A stretch of 63,618 nucleotides of DNA, counting the filler, from Dugesia japonica (Eukaryota): assembly GCA_001938525.1 (NCBI GenBank). It is 6 parts of 6 records of this genome, joined end to end, with 100 filler letters (N's around TTAATTAATTAA, not from the genome) between each part and the next. Parts side by side here need not be neighbours in the genome. Positions count along the whole stretch, not along the records: positions 26,613 to 36,460 come from MQRL01484267.1; positions 36,561 to 45,722 come from MQRL01584632.1; 4 more parts are not named here. The stretch is one strand, 5' to 3'. Below the pieces are notes generated by a model, which saw only the letters and a program-made list of their open reading frames with translations, searched no databases and was not told the origin of the DNA. Position 1 is the stretch's first letter. Every line of letters starts with the position of its first letter. The translations under genes and the position numbers were made by a program. Shown here piece by piece: positions 26,780 to 36,634 of the stretch.

Positions 26780-27371
26780 AAGAGTTAGAAAATGAGTAAA
26801 AATAGAAAACAAACCTTCATTATGTAAAACAGCAGTATTTAATATGAGCCTTGTCCTTGAATAGACTTGCTTAATTTTTTTATATCAGGTTTATAACTAT
26901 TTAACTTGAGTTTTATACACGATTCAGAAAGATGATCTGTCAAACAACTTTTTTGTTGGTTCAATATATACTTAATACATGCAACACTTTCTCGACAAAA
27001 CACACATATAGCTTTATTTTTAAATAAAACAAATCTATATTCTTCCTTCCAACTCTTTTTCCACATAAACTTTTGTTTTTTTTTGGAAATCTCTGATCAT
27101 TTGTGTTGGAATTTGATTGCATAAAATAGGAGTAAAATTATTTTTCTAGTATAAAAAGTTTTAGTATTATTTAAAACACAAAAAATAAATATTGCTATGC
27201 AGCAAGTTTTCATATATTACTATATAATAAAAGCACACGTTTAATATCGATTAAAAAATAAAATATAATATTTTCTACAAATACCAACATATTACAATAT
27301 TTTGGAAAAATTATAAATTTTTATTAACTTTTTAAAATTTTACTTTGCGTGCCATAAGTTGCCGACCCCTG
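26780..27371 (-). mobile_element. hAT (GTF2IRD2/Charlie-like) transposon 5' fragment
   Basis: TIR CAGGGGTCGGCAAC at 27371 (minus). ORF WKEEYRFV...KAICVFCRESVA resembles the BED-type zinc finger of this group. Confidence 0.75.
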
Positions 27372-27399
27372 CTCAACCTTGTGAATAAAGTTTTGAATC

Positions 27400-27602
27400 C
27401 ATTTTTGAAAATTTCGGCTGTAGACCGTTTTAAAAACTTCAAAGTGAAATATCTGCCGAAGAAACACAAACCGAAAATTTGGAGACGATAGAAGTTCTTA
27501 GAATTAAATTCTGCATCTATATGTCCAAAGTTGAATTTCCTACATCCTTTCCTTTGACGGCTAGTGGGGAGAGGTGAGCTGATGCGCGACTATTTACCTA
27601 CT
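27400..27602 (-). mobile_element. Polinton-type terminal fragment
   Basis: Minus strand AGTAGGTAAATAGTCGCGCATC..CCTCTCCCC; homologous to 11975-12142. Confidence 0.65.
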
Positions 27603-28496
27603 TTCCTCTTTCTAATTAATTATATTTCTCCTCAAATATAATTCGTTTAATTTATCTAATATTAATTCTTTTATCTTCTTGAGCCGTGTTTTTATATATT
27701 TTCTTATAACTTTCTCTGGAGCTTTATTTCATATTTATTTTTTTCCTTAAGTAATTAATTTATTAATAATTATTTCTTTTTCAGTTGTATTTATTAATAT
27801 TTATTTTCTTTTATTTCGATGATTATCATTTCTGCACTCCTTTTGTTTGAACATTTGATTTTTATAGTCTTTATTTTGTTCTATGTAATTATTTATTTTT
27901 ATTTCTTTCATATTTTACATTGATACCTCGAAATTCGTTTAATTTATTGTAATTTGTAATTATTCATTTTCATTAAGTAGAAAATTTAATAATTCATATT
28001 TTTATTAGCATTTTTCCACTAACATTAAATTGAAGTACTTTAGTTGCCGACACTTTTCTGTTATCATTGTCAAACTGTATATTAACTGAGTTTTCTTTAA
28101 GTCAAATAAACTTAAAATTCTAATTTTGAATTGAAATGTGTTAAATATACATTAAAATTATGATTTTAATTAGATATTAGAAAAATTAAATATTCGTGTG
28201 CACATCTGTTGTAAATAAAGGTAGTTCTCGTTAGTTTATTTAACAACCAATTAGAATACCTATTTATATGAAAATTTTCATAATCATTAGTGTGCAAATA
28301 TTATAATTGAAATCATTCAACTCTTTATAATTAAAATATAAATATAAATGTTAACCCACAGTACTTAAAGTAATAATATTTAAAAATGATTTTCATTAAA
28401 AATATTATAAACTCAATTAATAAGTAACATAATATTATCACTTGAACACAAACAAGTAAAAGATTAATAAATAATAATAAATACAATCATTTTTTT

Positions 28497-28512
28497 GGTC
28501 CTGAAAGGGACC
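28497..28512 (-). promoter_or_regulatory. Histone-mRNA-type stem-loop (one mismatch)
   Basis: GGTCCC-TTTC-AGGACC followed by AAAAA. It shares upstream AAGTGAGAACGCAT with the copy at 28810. Confidence 0.6.
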
Positions 28513-28809
28513 GAAATGCGTTCTCACTTCATTTACATATTGATTCATTTAATTCCTTCTTTTAATGAAATATTGATTCATCATTAAAAATAAATCTATT
28601 GATTCATTGTTTCTTTGTTTCTAAATAATATTTTCTAAAGTATATTTATAAAAAAATTAAAACATTTAACAATCAAAAAAATTACTATTTTGCTTCAACA
28701 CTTTTTAAACACTAAATTATCGTTATTCTTCTGTTTTCTTTTCTAAATATTAATTTATTAAAATAATTATATCAGAATTAACTGATAATTAGATTCAATC
28801 ACAATTTGT

Positions 28810-28825
28810 GGTCCGAAAGAGGACC
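28810..28825 (-). promoter_or_regulatory. Histone-mRNA-type stem-loop ~41 nt after helicase stop codon
   Basis: GGTCCT-CTTT-CGGACC (one mismatch at the top pair) followed by the histone-type flank ACAAA. Confidence 0.65.
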
Positions 28826-28866
28826 ATTATGCGTTCTCACTTGTTTATTTAGAATATTTGTTTACT

Positions 28867-29466
28867 TTAGAATAAATTTTGAGAAAAATATTCATCCATT
28901 TGATTTGTGAATTTAGATATTATTGGTTTACGATTGGATTCATTACTGTCGTTGATGAACAGAGGTTCGTTGCCGAATATATAAAAATGACACCGTTTTC
29001 TTATTGCTACATTTCGTCCTTTATTCCAATTTATATTGATTAGATCATCCATTGAGTTCCAACAAATGATAATCCTGTCGTTCGCAGGTATTATACCTGT
29101 GCCATATTTCAAATGTATCGAAGTATTATAGCAGGTTATAGCAATTTTATATTTCTTCGGCAGTCCATGTGTGTAAGGGTAGATCATCAATTACACATCT
29201 ATCATACCAAAATCTCAAAGTCCTGGTGAATTGTGACGTGTATTGGTTGCTTAAAAGGACTTAACGCGAAATTGGTTTTCCCAATACCTAAAACAAAAAC
29301 ATAAATTCTTGAAATTTAAAAATTAAATAAATGGCTTTCGTACGATCGTTATCACAATTGAAGAATTCTAATTTCTAATTGGTGTTGGATTTTGGTATTC
29401 CGGGTATTTCATCATCGTTAAAATTTGAACATGTTGGCTGTTCATTAACATTTTCAATGTTGTTTC
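28867..29466 (-). pseudogene. CRESS/geminivirus Rep-like SF3 helicase domain with intron acceptors, frameshifted
   Basis: Composite reading RTKAIYL..[acceptor TTTTAG at 29288]..(G)IGKTNFALSPFKQPIHV..YDRCVIDDLP..SIHLKYGTGIIPANDRIIICWN..AIRKR..EPLF gives Walker A, Walker B, motif B'/C and an Arg-finger region. A second acceptor TTTCAG lies at ~29467. Confidence 0.75.
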
Positions 29467-30210
29467 TGAAATAATATAAAAATTAATAACTTATTAAACA
29501 AAAAACAATAATTTATTACGAGTAGATGGATAGTAGCGTACGGGGCCACCTCGCCCGACCCTTGCAGAGAAAGAAAATTTTAACTGGCCTCGATTTTTAT
29601 TGTTTACATTGTTCGCACAAACGTTTTTAAGATTTTTGATTGACCTAAATTTTAAGGTCTAGTGGCCCCGATTTTAAACATTTTGATTGGTGGAAATTTT
29701 TAAGTTCAGGATCATTTGGCCTCAATTTTTGATGAGTCATAGATGTGTTCAGATGAAATTATCGTTGGGTTTTAAGATCAAGGTAATTTGTTTTTTGTTT
29801 AAATTAAATGAAATTAACGATTTTTATTTAAATTAAGTGAGATTAATGATTTTTTTGTTTAGATTAATTGATTTTTCTGATTGGTTTAAATTTACTGATT
29901 TTTTAGATTTTAATTTAAATTAAGTGATTTAATGATTTTTTTGGATTTGTCATAGAAAGCCGATGGTAAAATTTATTTTTTTTCAAATTTCAAATTTTGT
30001 AGTGAATTTCCGCCTGGGCAATATTAACATCAATATTAGAAACATTACATGTTTCTCAGACAATATTAATAATAATATATAAAAGACAAATGAAAAGGCT
30101 AATCCAAACTTAAAATTTATTGTTGATAAAACGTAGATAATTACAGTTATCATGTACAGTTGTTTAAATCTGGATCTTCATTTTGTAAATTAGATCTTAA
30201 TATTACAAGA

Positions 30211-30312
30211 TTTCATTAAAATAAGAAAAAGCTTTCATCAAAATAAAATTTATTTGAACCTTTTTACAAATAAATTTTATTTTGATCGAAGCATTTTCTT
30301 ATTTTAATGAAA
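30211..30312. repeat. 46-bp inverted repeat with 10-nt spacer
   Basis: 30211-30256 versus the revcomp of 30267-30312 shows 3 mismatches. Confidence 0.85.
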
Positions 30313-30454
30313 TGTCAAATGCGATCAATGGTTAAATCCATAAATTATTCTCACAATTATTGTAATAATGAAATTAATAGTACAAATTAATTAGTTTAAA
30401 TAACAAAGAAATTACCTGTGAATGTGCTTCTTTTCATCCGAGTCTTATTTATTA

Positions 30455-32140
30455 CGAGATAGAATAATGCACGTATGGTACACTTATATTTTTTCAGGCC
30501 ATGCTCTTTTGTCGTCATTATTGGTTAATGCGACTTTTGGTGCTAAGAAACTGTACAGCTGGTGGTTTTTCGTTTCTATTCTTAATTGTTTCACTGAGAC
30601 CGGTTTACTGTAATTGTAACAATCAAGGTATGACTGATGATTAATGTCAGTACCTTTTAATGTTATGATCTTAGCCTTCATCGATTCCTTCTCGCTAAGT
30701 AAGCTATAACCCTTCGGTCTCACGAAAATTCATTCTTTATATTTCCTTCCTTTATTTTTGTCCTTAAAGTTTCCTACCACCGAATTGAGTTTCATGTGAT
30801 AAAAAGTGCGGTCTAATGAGTAATTTAAAGTATTTAATAGTCGATCTTTTACTACCAGTGTCAATAACTTTTCCAANCTAATGTTTCTAACTTCTAAGAA
30901 NAAGCTATCGGTATCCCCAGCTACTATTTCTATCTCGCAATTTTCTTGTTTCCTATATTTTTCTAGATCAATGTATTGAAGTCGATACATTCGTAATTTG
31001 ATTAAATCAAGAACTGTCTGTCCTATGTAACTCGGTCTTTTGAGACACACAATGTCTTTATTTAATTGTACCNCTATTAAATCTTTATCGATCTTAATGG
31101 TTCTCTTAAACCCTGGTTTTGAGGTATAGGTCACTAAATTCTTTGCACTAATTACATATTCTCAAGTTTATTCGTTTCTTCAAATTTTCAACTGATTAGC
31201 CATACAAGCTGTTGTTCATCAGCTTATAGTAACTTTTGTCTAATTTATTCACACTTTCAGCTCTTAATTTAGTGTTTTCGTCGATGCATTGCTTGAAAAT
31301 ATGATCTTGTAAAAACCTAACTGTTCTGTGAACATTTGTAACTTTCACAACTAATTGCAAGTACATTTTTAGTAATCTCCAGTGTACTACGTAATTGAAC
31401 TTTGAATAATGAGTCAACATTAATTTCTAGACCTTTCTTCCTGGAGCATATTGATGTTCGGCTGCAATGGTTAAGTCACTGATATAATTGTAAAGTTCAT
31501 TGAGAATCTCCATGTCAACTTCTAGTGTGTATCCATATTGTAACGACTCGAGATCTGCATATTTACATTCTTCTAAAACTTCTTCTAATCCATAATATAC
31601 CCATTCATAATCTTTGTATGGTAACTTCTGGCTCAAATCCCAACCACACAGATTATTTATATCGATGTATAACAACTCTGTGTTTTTATCTGAAATAACA
31701 TGGTGTTTGTTAGCCCATCTCTAATCTCACCTTCAAAAAAGGTGTAAATGTCTTTATCAATTAAAAACTCGATGGGTTCGTTTTAAGTGATCAAAGCAAA
31801 TGCCCAGCACATACCTGGAATGCCAAAATAATTTAAGAGTTCCAAGCGGTTGTGAGCTAATGATTTGACTCAGAATTGCTGAAAAAAGTCAGCTAGGAGA
31901 AAGACATCCAACTTCATGTACAACAGCATTTAGTCCTGTAAGTTTTTGCATTTCAAGATTTTCCACATATCCACCGCTTTTTTATGTTCTTGTTCACTAA
32001 TTCCATCCCATTTTGGTGGCATTTTCTTGGTATTAACCAGCACTTGTAAACTGGTAGCAAGATTGCAAGGGGAAATTCCCCTTTGTCCTTATAATTCTGC
32101 TTTTGATAAATTGATACATTCAAACAAAGAACAACCAATA
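30455..32140 (-). pseudogene. Polinton pPolB, decayed
   Basis: KGEFP, YMKLDVFLLADFF, LYIDINNL.GW.LSQKLP, KLMNNSLYG, IVAGDTDS, GNFKD, RPKGYS, KVAL..NDDKR. Confidence 0.95.
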
Positions 32141-32413
32141 AAAATAATGCTCACCAACTGCATATCAACTATTTCATACAATGATTAAGTTCAACAAATC
32201 AAAAAGTTGTAAATGCTTTGTTTAACTGGCAGTGGCTTTGCATTTGTATTGCACTTATAATATTTAAACAAATAATTACCAATCAAAACATGTGAATAAT
32301 CAAAAGTAACATATTTTCAACCAATAAAATCAATGCATACAAACTATACAATAAATACTTATCGACACTAAGTTTAAAAGCAAAAATATTTAATAAATTT
32401 TGATTATTTAAAT

Positions 32414-32860
32414 ATGCAACCAAGTATTGAATTAATAAAGGATAATGTTATGACCTGTGGATTACGGAAAGCCTACCAAATTTTATGGAATCCAAATGAA
32501 ATTTTTCAAGAGAACAATATTATATATGTTTCAAATAATTGTATTTATTTATTTTATTACTTAATATTTTCATCTAGGAACCTGTGAAAATACAACAATT
32601 TACTTATAGTTTGGTGATATCTGATATTGGTTCAAAAGACAAGAATACTTTGAATTTATTAGTCAAAAGAATTGAACCGTCAATTATAATAAATGATATA
32701 GTTTTTATCAATTAAAGTGATTCAAAATCGACTGTATTCGAAACATCACAATAATATATGATTCAGGTGAAAATACAAGGAGTCAAGAAAAATGGAGACA
32801 ACATTAACTCAGTAAACTCAATTAATAGAAAAGTTAAATCTCCAATTTGGAAAATTTGAG
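32414..32860 (+). pseudogene. Polinton accessory gene, 2 exons (intron 32528-32577), unknown function
   Basis: Upstream CCAAT boxes and a GT-AG 50-nt intron. Homologous in position and sequence (PV.I after the intron, Y.IQV.I.G.KK) to 53323-53757. Confidence 0.55.
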
Positions 32861-33174
32861 AAATTTTGTAAATGTTGTTATAATAATAAATGTTATTTAT
32901 TTATTCGTCTTTTTAACTAACTCTGTTTAAATCGTAATTTTTAAACAGATTTACCTATCAAATTAAATACAAAAACCTTATCTCTAAATAACGCCTATCA
33001 AAGTAATAAAAACTCTATTTCAAATAATAACTAAAATCTTTATGATAAAAAAATTACTTAAAAACTCTTTTAATTAATAATAACTACCAAATCAAATAAA
33101 AACTTTATTATAATTAACTAACAAAGTAACTATATGAACAAAAATAGAAACAAATTTCATAACAAACAATTTAT

Positions 33175-33471
33175 TAACACAAATTTATAAGCCTCTCGAG
33201 GAGCATATATCTACACTTGTAGCATTTACAATGGAAGTGTAGATATATGTCCTTATAATAATTGTCTAAGACTTGTTGATAGTCTTCTTTTTGCAGGACG
33301 ATGCTTTTCTGAAAAAATGATTGCGATAATATCTAGAAATAAAATATTATAAATAATAAATAAATAAAAAATTAAATATTACCCTTTTCGCTAATCAGGT
33401 CCTCCTGACCATATGATTCTGCTGATTCATAACAACCTTTTCAGAATTCTTCAATTTTTTTTGGAATTCAT
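33175..33471 (-). pseudogene. Polinton small spliced Cys-containing ORF (intron 33382-33333)
   Basis: GT-AG 50-nt intron and C-terminal HCKCYKC. Same position as 53943-54242. Confidence 0.4.
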
Positions 33472-33632
33472 TATTTAAAATTAAAAACTGATTAAAATGA
33501 AATATTTAGTGTGTTATATACAATTCTCTGTTTAACACAAATCGACCAATGAAAAAGAAGTAATAATCAAAAAAGGAAATGCCTTGTTATACTTGCATTC
33601 ATATTACATGACTGTGCATTCTTGTTGTGAAA

Positions 33633-33900
33633 TTAAACAATTAAGTTATAGAAATCAGAAATTATATTATCTACATATCTTTGGTAGTGTAAATTCTTTA
33701 TATGAAGTATTACAATTTTTTTTGATGAAAATACGTTTACACATACAGGTTCATACTTCGTAAGTTGTAATGCGGGAAACAATTCCGGTTCAAACCAGCA
33801 TTTTGTTGTTTTTGCTAATTTATACAAATTGATAACTTGTCCCAAATTGTATTACAATTGTTAATGATTGCAAACGAATATCTTTGATATCATACAGTAA
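33633..33900 (-). pseudogene. Polinton-encoded TBP-like protein, C-terminal repeat (N-half deleted)
   Basis: YDIKDIRLQSLTIV/LGQVINLYKL..WFEPELFPAL..VCVNVFSSKKIVIL matches TBP repeat 2 (YEPELFPGL..LIFVSGKVVLTG). Confidence 0.85.
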
Positions 33901-34085
33901 TCTTTTGCAAGACAGGCCTATAGATTAGTAATAGACAACTTTTTATTGAATCATTTCAATATGCAACAATAAATCTACTTGGTTATATTTTTCTCGACTT
34001 TACACAACAATGTCTAGGCAAAGTGAGGGTGAGAACCGATATTTTCAATTCTGGTCGTGTTACTGTGTATAAACAAACCAAGTAA
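33901..34085 (+). pseudogene. Polinton packaging ATPase (FtsK/HerA, A32-like) C-terminus
   Basis: FARQA..LFIESFQYAT..GYIFLDFTQ..RVRTDIF matches the ARQ..AT..YGYL.LD..R.RTNIF tail of Polinton ATPases. Confidence 0.8.
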
Positions 34086-34099
34086 TTATTATATTTAAA

Positions 34100-34640
34100 A
34101 ATGGCAAAATTTTAAAAGTTTATAGTTGATCAAATAAAAAGAATTCCGAAGATAAAAAAAGGAAAACGAACAAAAAGCGTATTGTAAGAAAAAATGTGGA
34201 AAGAGGAAACAATCTAAACTGTTGAACATTTTTAAGAAACTATCAAAACTGTATGGAAAGAAAATGTCCAACGTAAACGGAAAATGGAAATCATTTTAAA
34301 CAAATACGGGTAAGTTATATTATTAAAATATAAGAAGTACAACGAAGTATTCCAATTTTTACATCATTAATTAAATCTTCAAAATCGGTGAAAATGCAAA
34401 TTTTGAAATCATTTCCAACGTTTGTTATGGATGATTTAATTGAAATTATTATAAGTATTGTTCGCGAAAATGTAAATGTGAGTATTTCTAGAAAGGAAGT
34501 ATTGAAAAAACATAAAAGAACGCGATTAACACTTGTAAATACCAAAAATAGGAAATTGGTGAGACAAATAATACGTCATAATAAAAGAAGTAGCTTTATA
34601 GCAGCATTACTACCAATTAAAAAATTGATGAGTAGTAAAA
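34100..34640 (+). pseudogene. Basic small Polinton ORF(s) between ATPase and integrase
   Basis: The Lys/Arg-rich ORF (LIEIIISIVRENV..LKKHK..SFIAALLP) resembles small basic Polinton core-like ORFs. Confidence 0.45.
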
Positions 34641-35612
34641 TTGATGAAAGAAACACAAAAAACAAAATCAAAAACCAAAACGTGGTTATCGGGTCAACTA
34701 GCGTACAGTTTTAACAAACCAATGTTGAAAAGATTTCCAACAAGATTGTATAATAGGTTTGGTATTGATGATTTATGGCAGATGAATCTAATGGAGATGA
34801 TTCCATATTCAAAAATAAATAAACGATATAAGTTTATTTTGACATGTATTGATGTATTCAGTCGATTTGCAAGAGCTATTCCGGTCAAATCGAAATCCGC
34901 TAATGAAATGGAACTTGCAATTAAGTCAATATTCAAAGATGGACATCCAGATAATTTGCAAACAGATTTGGCTAAGAAACTTTACAACTCTAAAGTCAAA
35001 AATCTTTTATCACATCTAAACATAAACCATTATATCGTATTCTCTCAGTATAAAGCGGCAAATGTAGAGAGATTTAATCGCACATTAAGATATGCTTTGA
35101 AAAAATACTTTGTGTATACTGGTAATAAAACTTGGATAAATGTGTTGTCAAAATTGATTCATAGTTATAATCATTCAAGTCATAAAAATGTAAATAGAGC
35201 AAGACCGGTTGATATAGGTTCAAACAATGAATTAAAATTATGGTTATCGCGTGATCAAAGTAAAGCAAATTAGAAACCAAACTATAAAGTCGGTATCATG
35301 TTAGAATCTCAAAAATAAGTGCATCTCCATTCATTAAAAACTTTGATAGTAACTGGAGCGATGAAGTGTGTCAAATAACAACAATCTATTCTAAACAAAA
35401 TCCAGTCATATATTTAATTAAAGATTATGAGAATAATATTATAAAAGGAAAACTTTATGAGCAAGAATTACAAGTCATTCCATCTTCTACTATATATAGA
35501 ATCGAAAAATTAATAAAATTGAAAGAAATCGGTTAAAATAAAGAATATTATGTAAAATGACATGGATATCAAAAACCTACTTGGATATTATCATCACAGT
35601 TAGTTAATAATG
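34641..35612 (+). pseudogene. Polinton retroviral-like integrase (c-INT) with C-terminal chromodomain-like region
   Basis: DDLWQMNL, LTCIDVFSR, LQTD, KAANVERFNRTL; downstream WSDEV.., GKLYEQELQ and YYVK*HGY...W. Frameshifted after 35273. Confidence 0.92.
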
Positions 35613-36460
35613 ACTTTGAATAATTTCTATAAACCTTTATCTAGTAATAGCTGTCTTCCTATTCATCCGAATAATAATGCTAGTAAATTCATTGTTGAGC
35701 TTCAAAATTCGATTTATATGGATGGTCAGTAGGAAGTAGCATTGTTAGATTTTACCTTTGTATATCAAACATTTCCATTATATAGCAAGTCTAAAATTCA
35801 ATACATGTCTACAAGAAATATATCAAATGAAATAACTGTTACAATTAATCACAAAGAAGAACCCTTGAGTGTAAGCAAAAATGAAAATAACAATGTCTAT
35901 ATGGCGTTTAATGGTTATTTAACTATTAAATGTGAATATCCATATGTTGTCATATTTGAAAATGAAATAGTTGCAAATAGATTAGGGCTCTCATATAGGA
36001 TTAATCAAATGGATCCTGGATATTTTCATATTAAGTACATAGCATTTAAAGAATATTTTCCAGTAGAATATGTAAAATTTAAAATAGAGTATTGTAAAAT
36101 AAATTATCCTACTATACAGTTGAAAGATGAATTATAATTAACAGAAATTGAAGAATTAAGTAAATATTTAACAGAAAGCGGTTCTGAACTATTTTATACA
36201 ATCAGTCTCAAAGAAAATAATCTATTTCAAATGTCACTAAAAATGATATCAAAACTGTTACATTCGATAAAGTCTTGACAAAAACATTGGGATTAGAAAA
36301 ACAAGCATATTCACATTCAGAATTGAAAGATGGCATATTGCAAGGTATTACAAATCCCAAAATAATTAAGTTATATCAACAAATGTTCATCTATAGTAGT
36401 ATTGTTGAACCTATAATTGTAGGAAATGTTAAAGTTCCTCTTTAGAGATCGGTATGGATA
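35610..36460 (+). pseudogene. Polinton minor capsid (penton-like, PX) protein
   Basis: N-terminal FY..LSSNS....P.NNASKF.VEL.N.I..DGQ*EVAL and C-terminal MFIYSSIVEPIIVGNVKVPL*R match the Polinton minor capsid motifs. Confidence 0.85.
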
Positions 36461-36504
36461 NNNNNNNNNNNNNNNNNNNNNNNNNNNNNNNNNNNNNNNN
36501 NNNN

Positions 36505-36516
36505 TTAATTAATTAA
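36505..36516. other. Artificial scaffold-joining spacer
   Basis: N-TTAATTAATTAA-N. Confidence 0.95.
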
Positions 36517-36560
36517 NNNNNNNNNNNNNNNNNNNNNNNNNNNNNNNNNNNNNNNNNNNN

Positions 36561-36634
36561 CACTAATTACATCACTAATCGGCGGGGGGGTTCACTGAAT
36601 GTGTGCTGGCTATGACTGCTACTATCTATCTACT
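36561..36634 (-). mobile_element. Polinton-type terminus at scaffold edge
   Basis: Minus strand AGTAGATAGATAGTAGCAG followed by a C-run. Confidence 0.6.

Larger units (their letters stand above)
29521..36460. mobile_element. Polinton/Maverick (endogenous DNA virus), internally deleted, truncated at scaffold end
   Basis: Terminus AGTAGATGGATAGTAGCG, then pPolB, ATPase C-terminus, integrase and minor capsid, i.e. the core Polinton gene set. Confidence 0.95.

Noticed and set aside
33633-33900. Host TBP/TRF2 gene or processed pseudogene
   Set aside because: Far more diverged than any cellular TBP, and found twice at the same position inside Polinton gene arrays.
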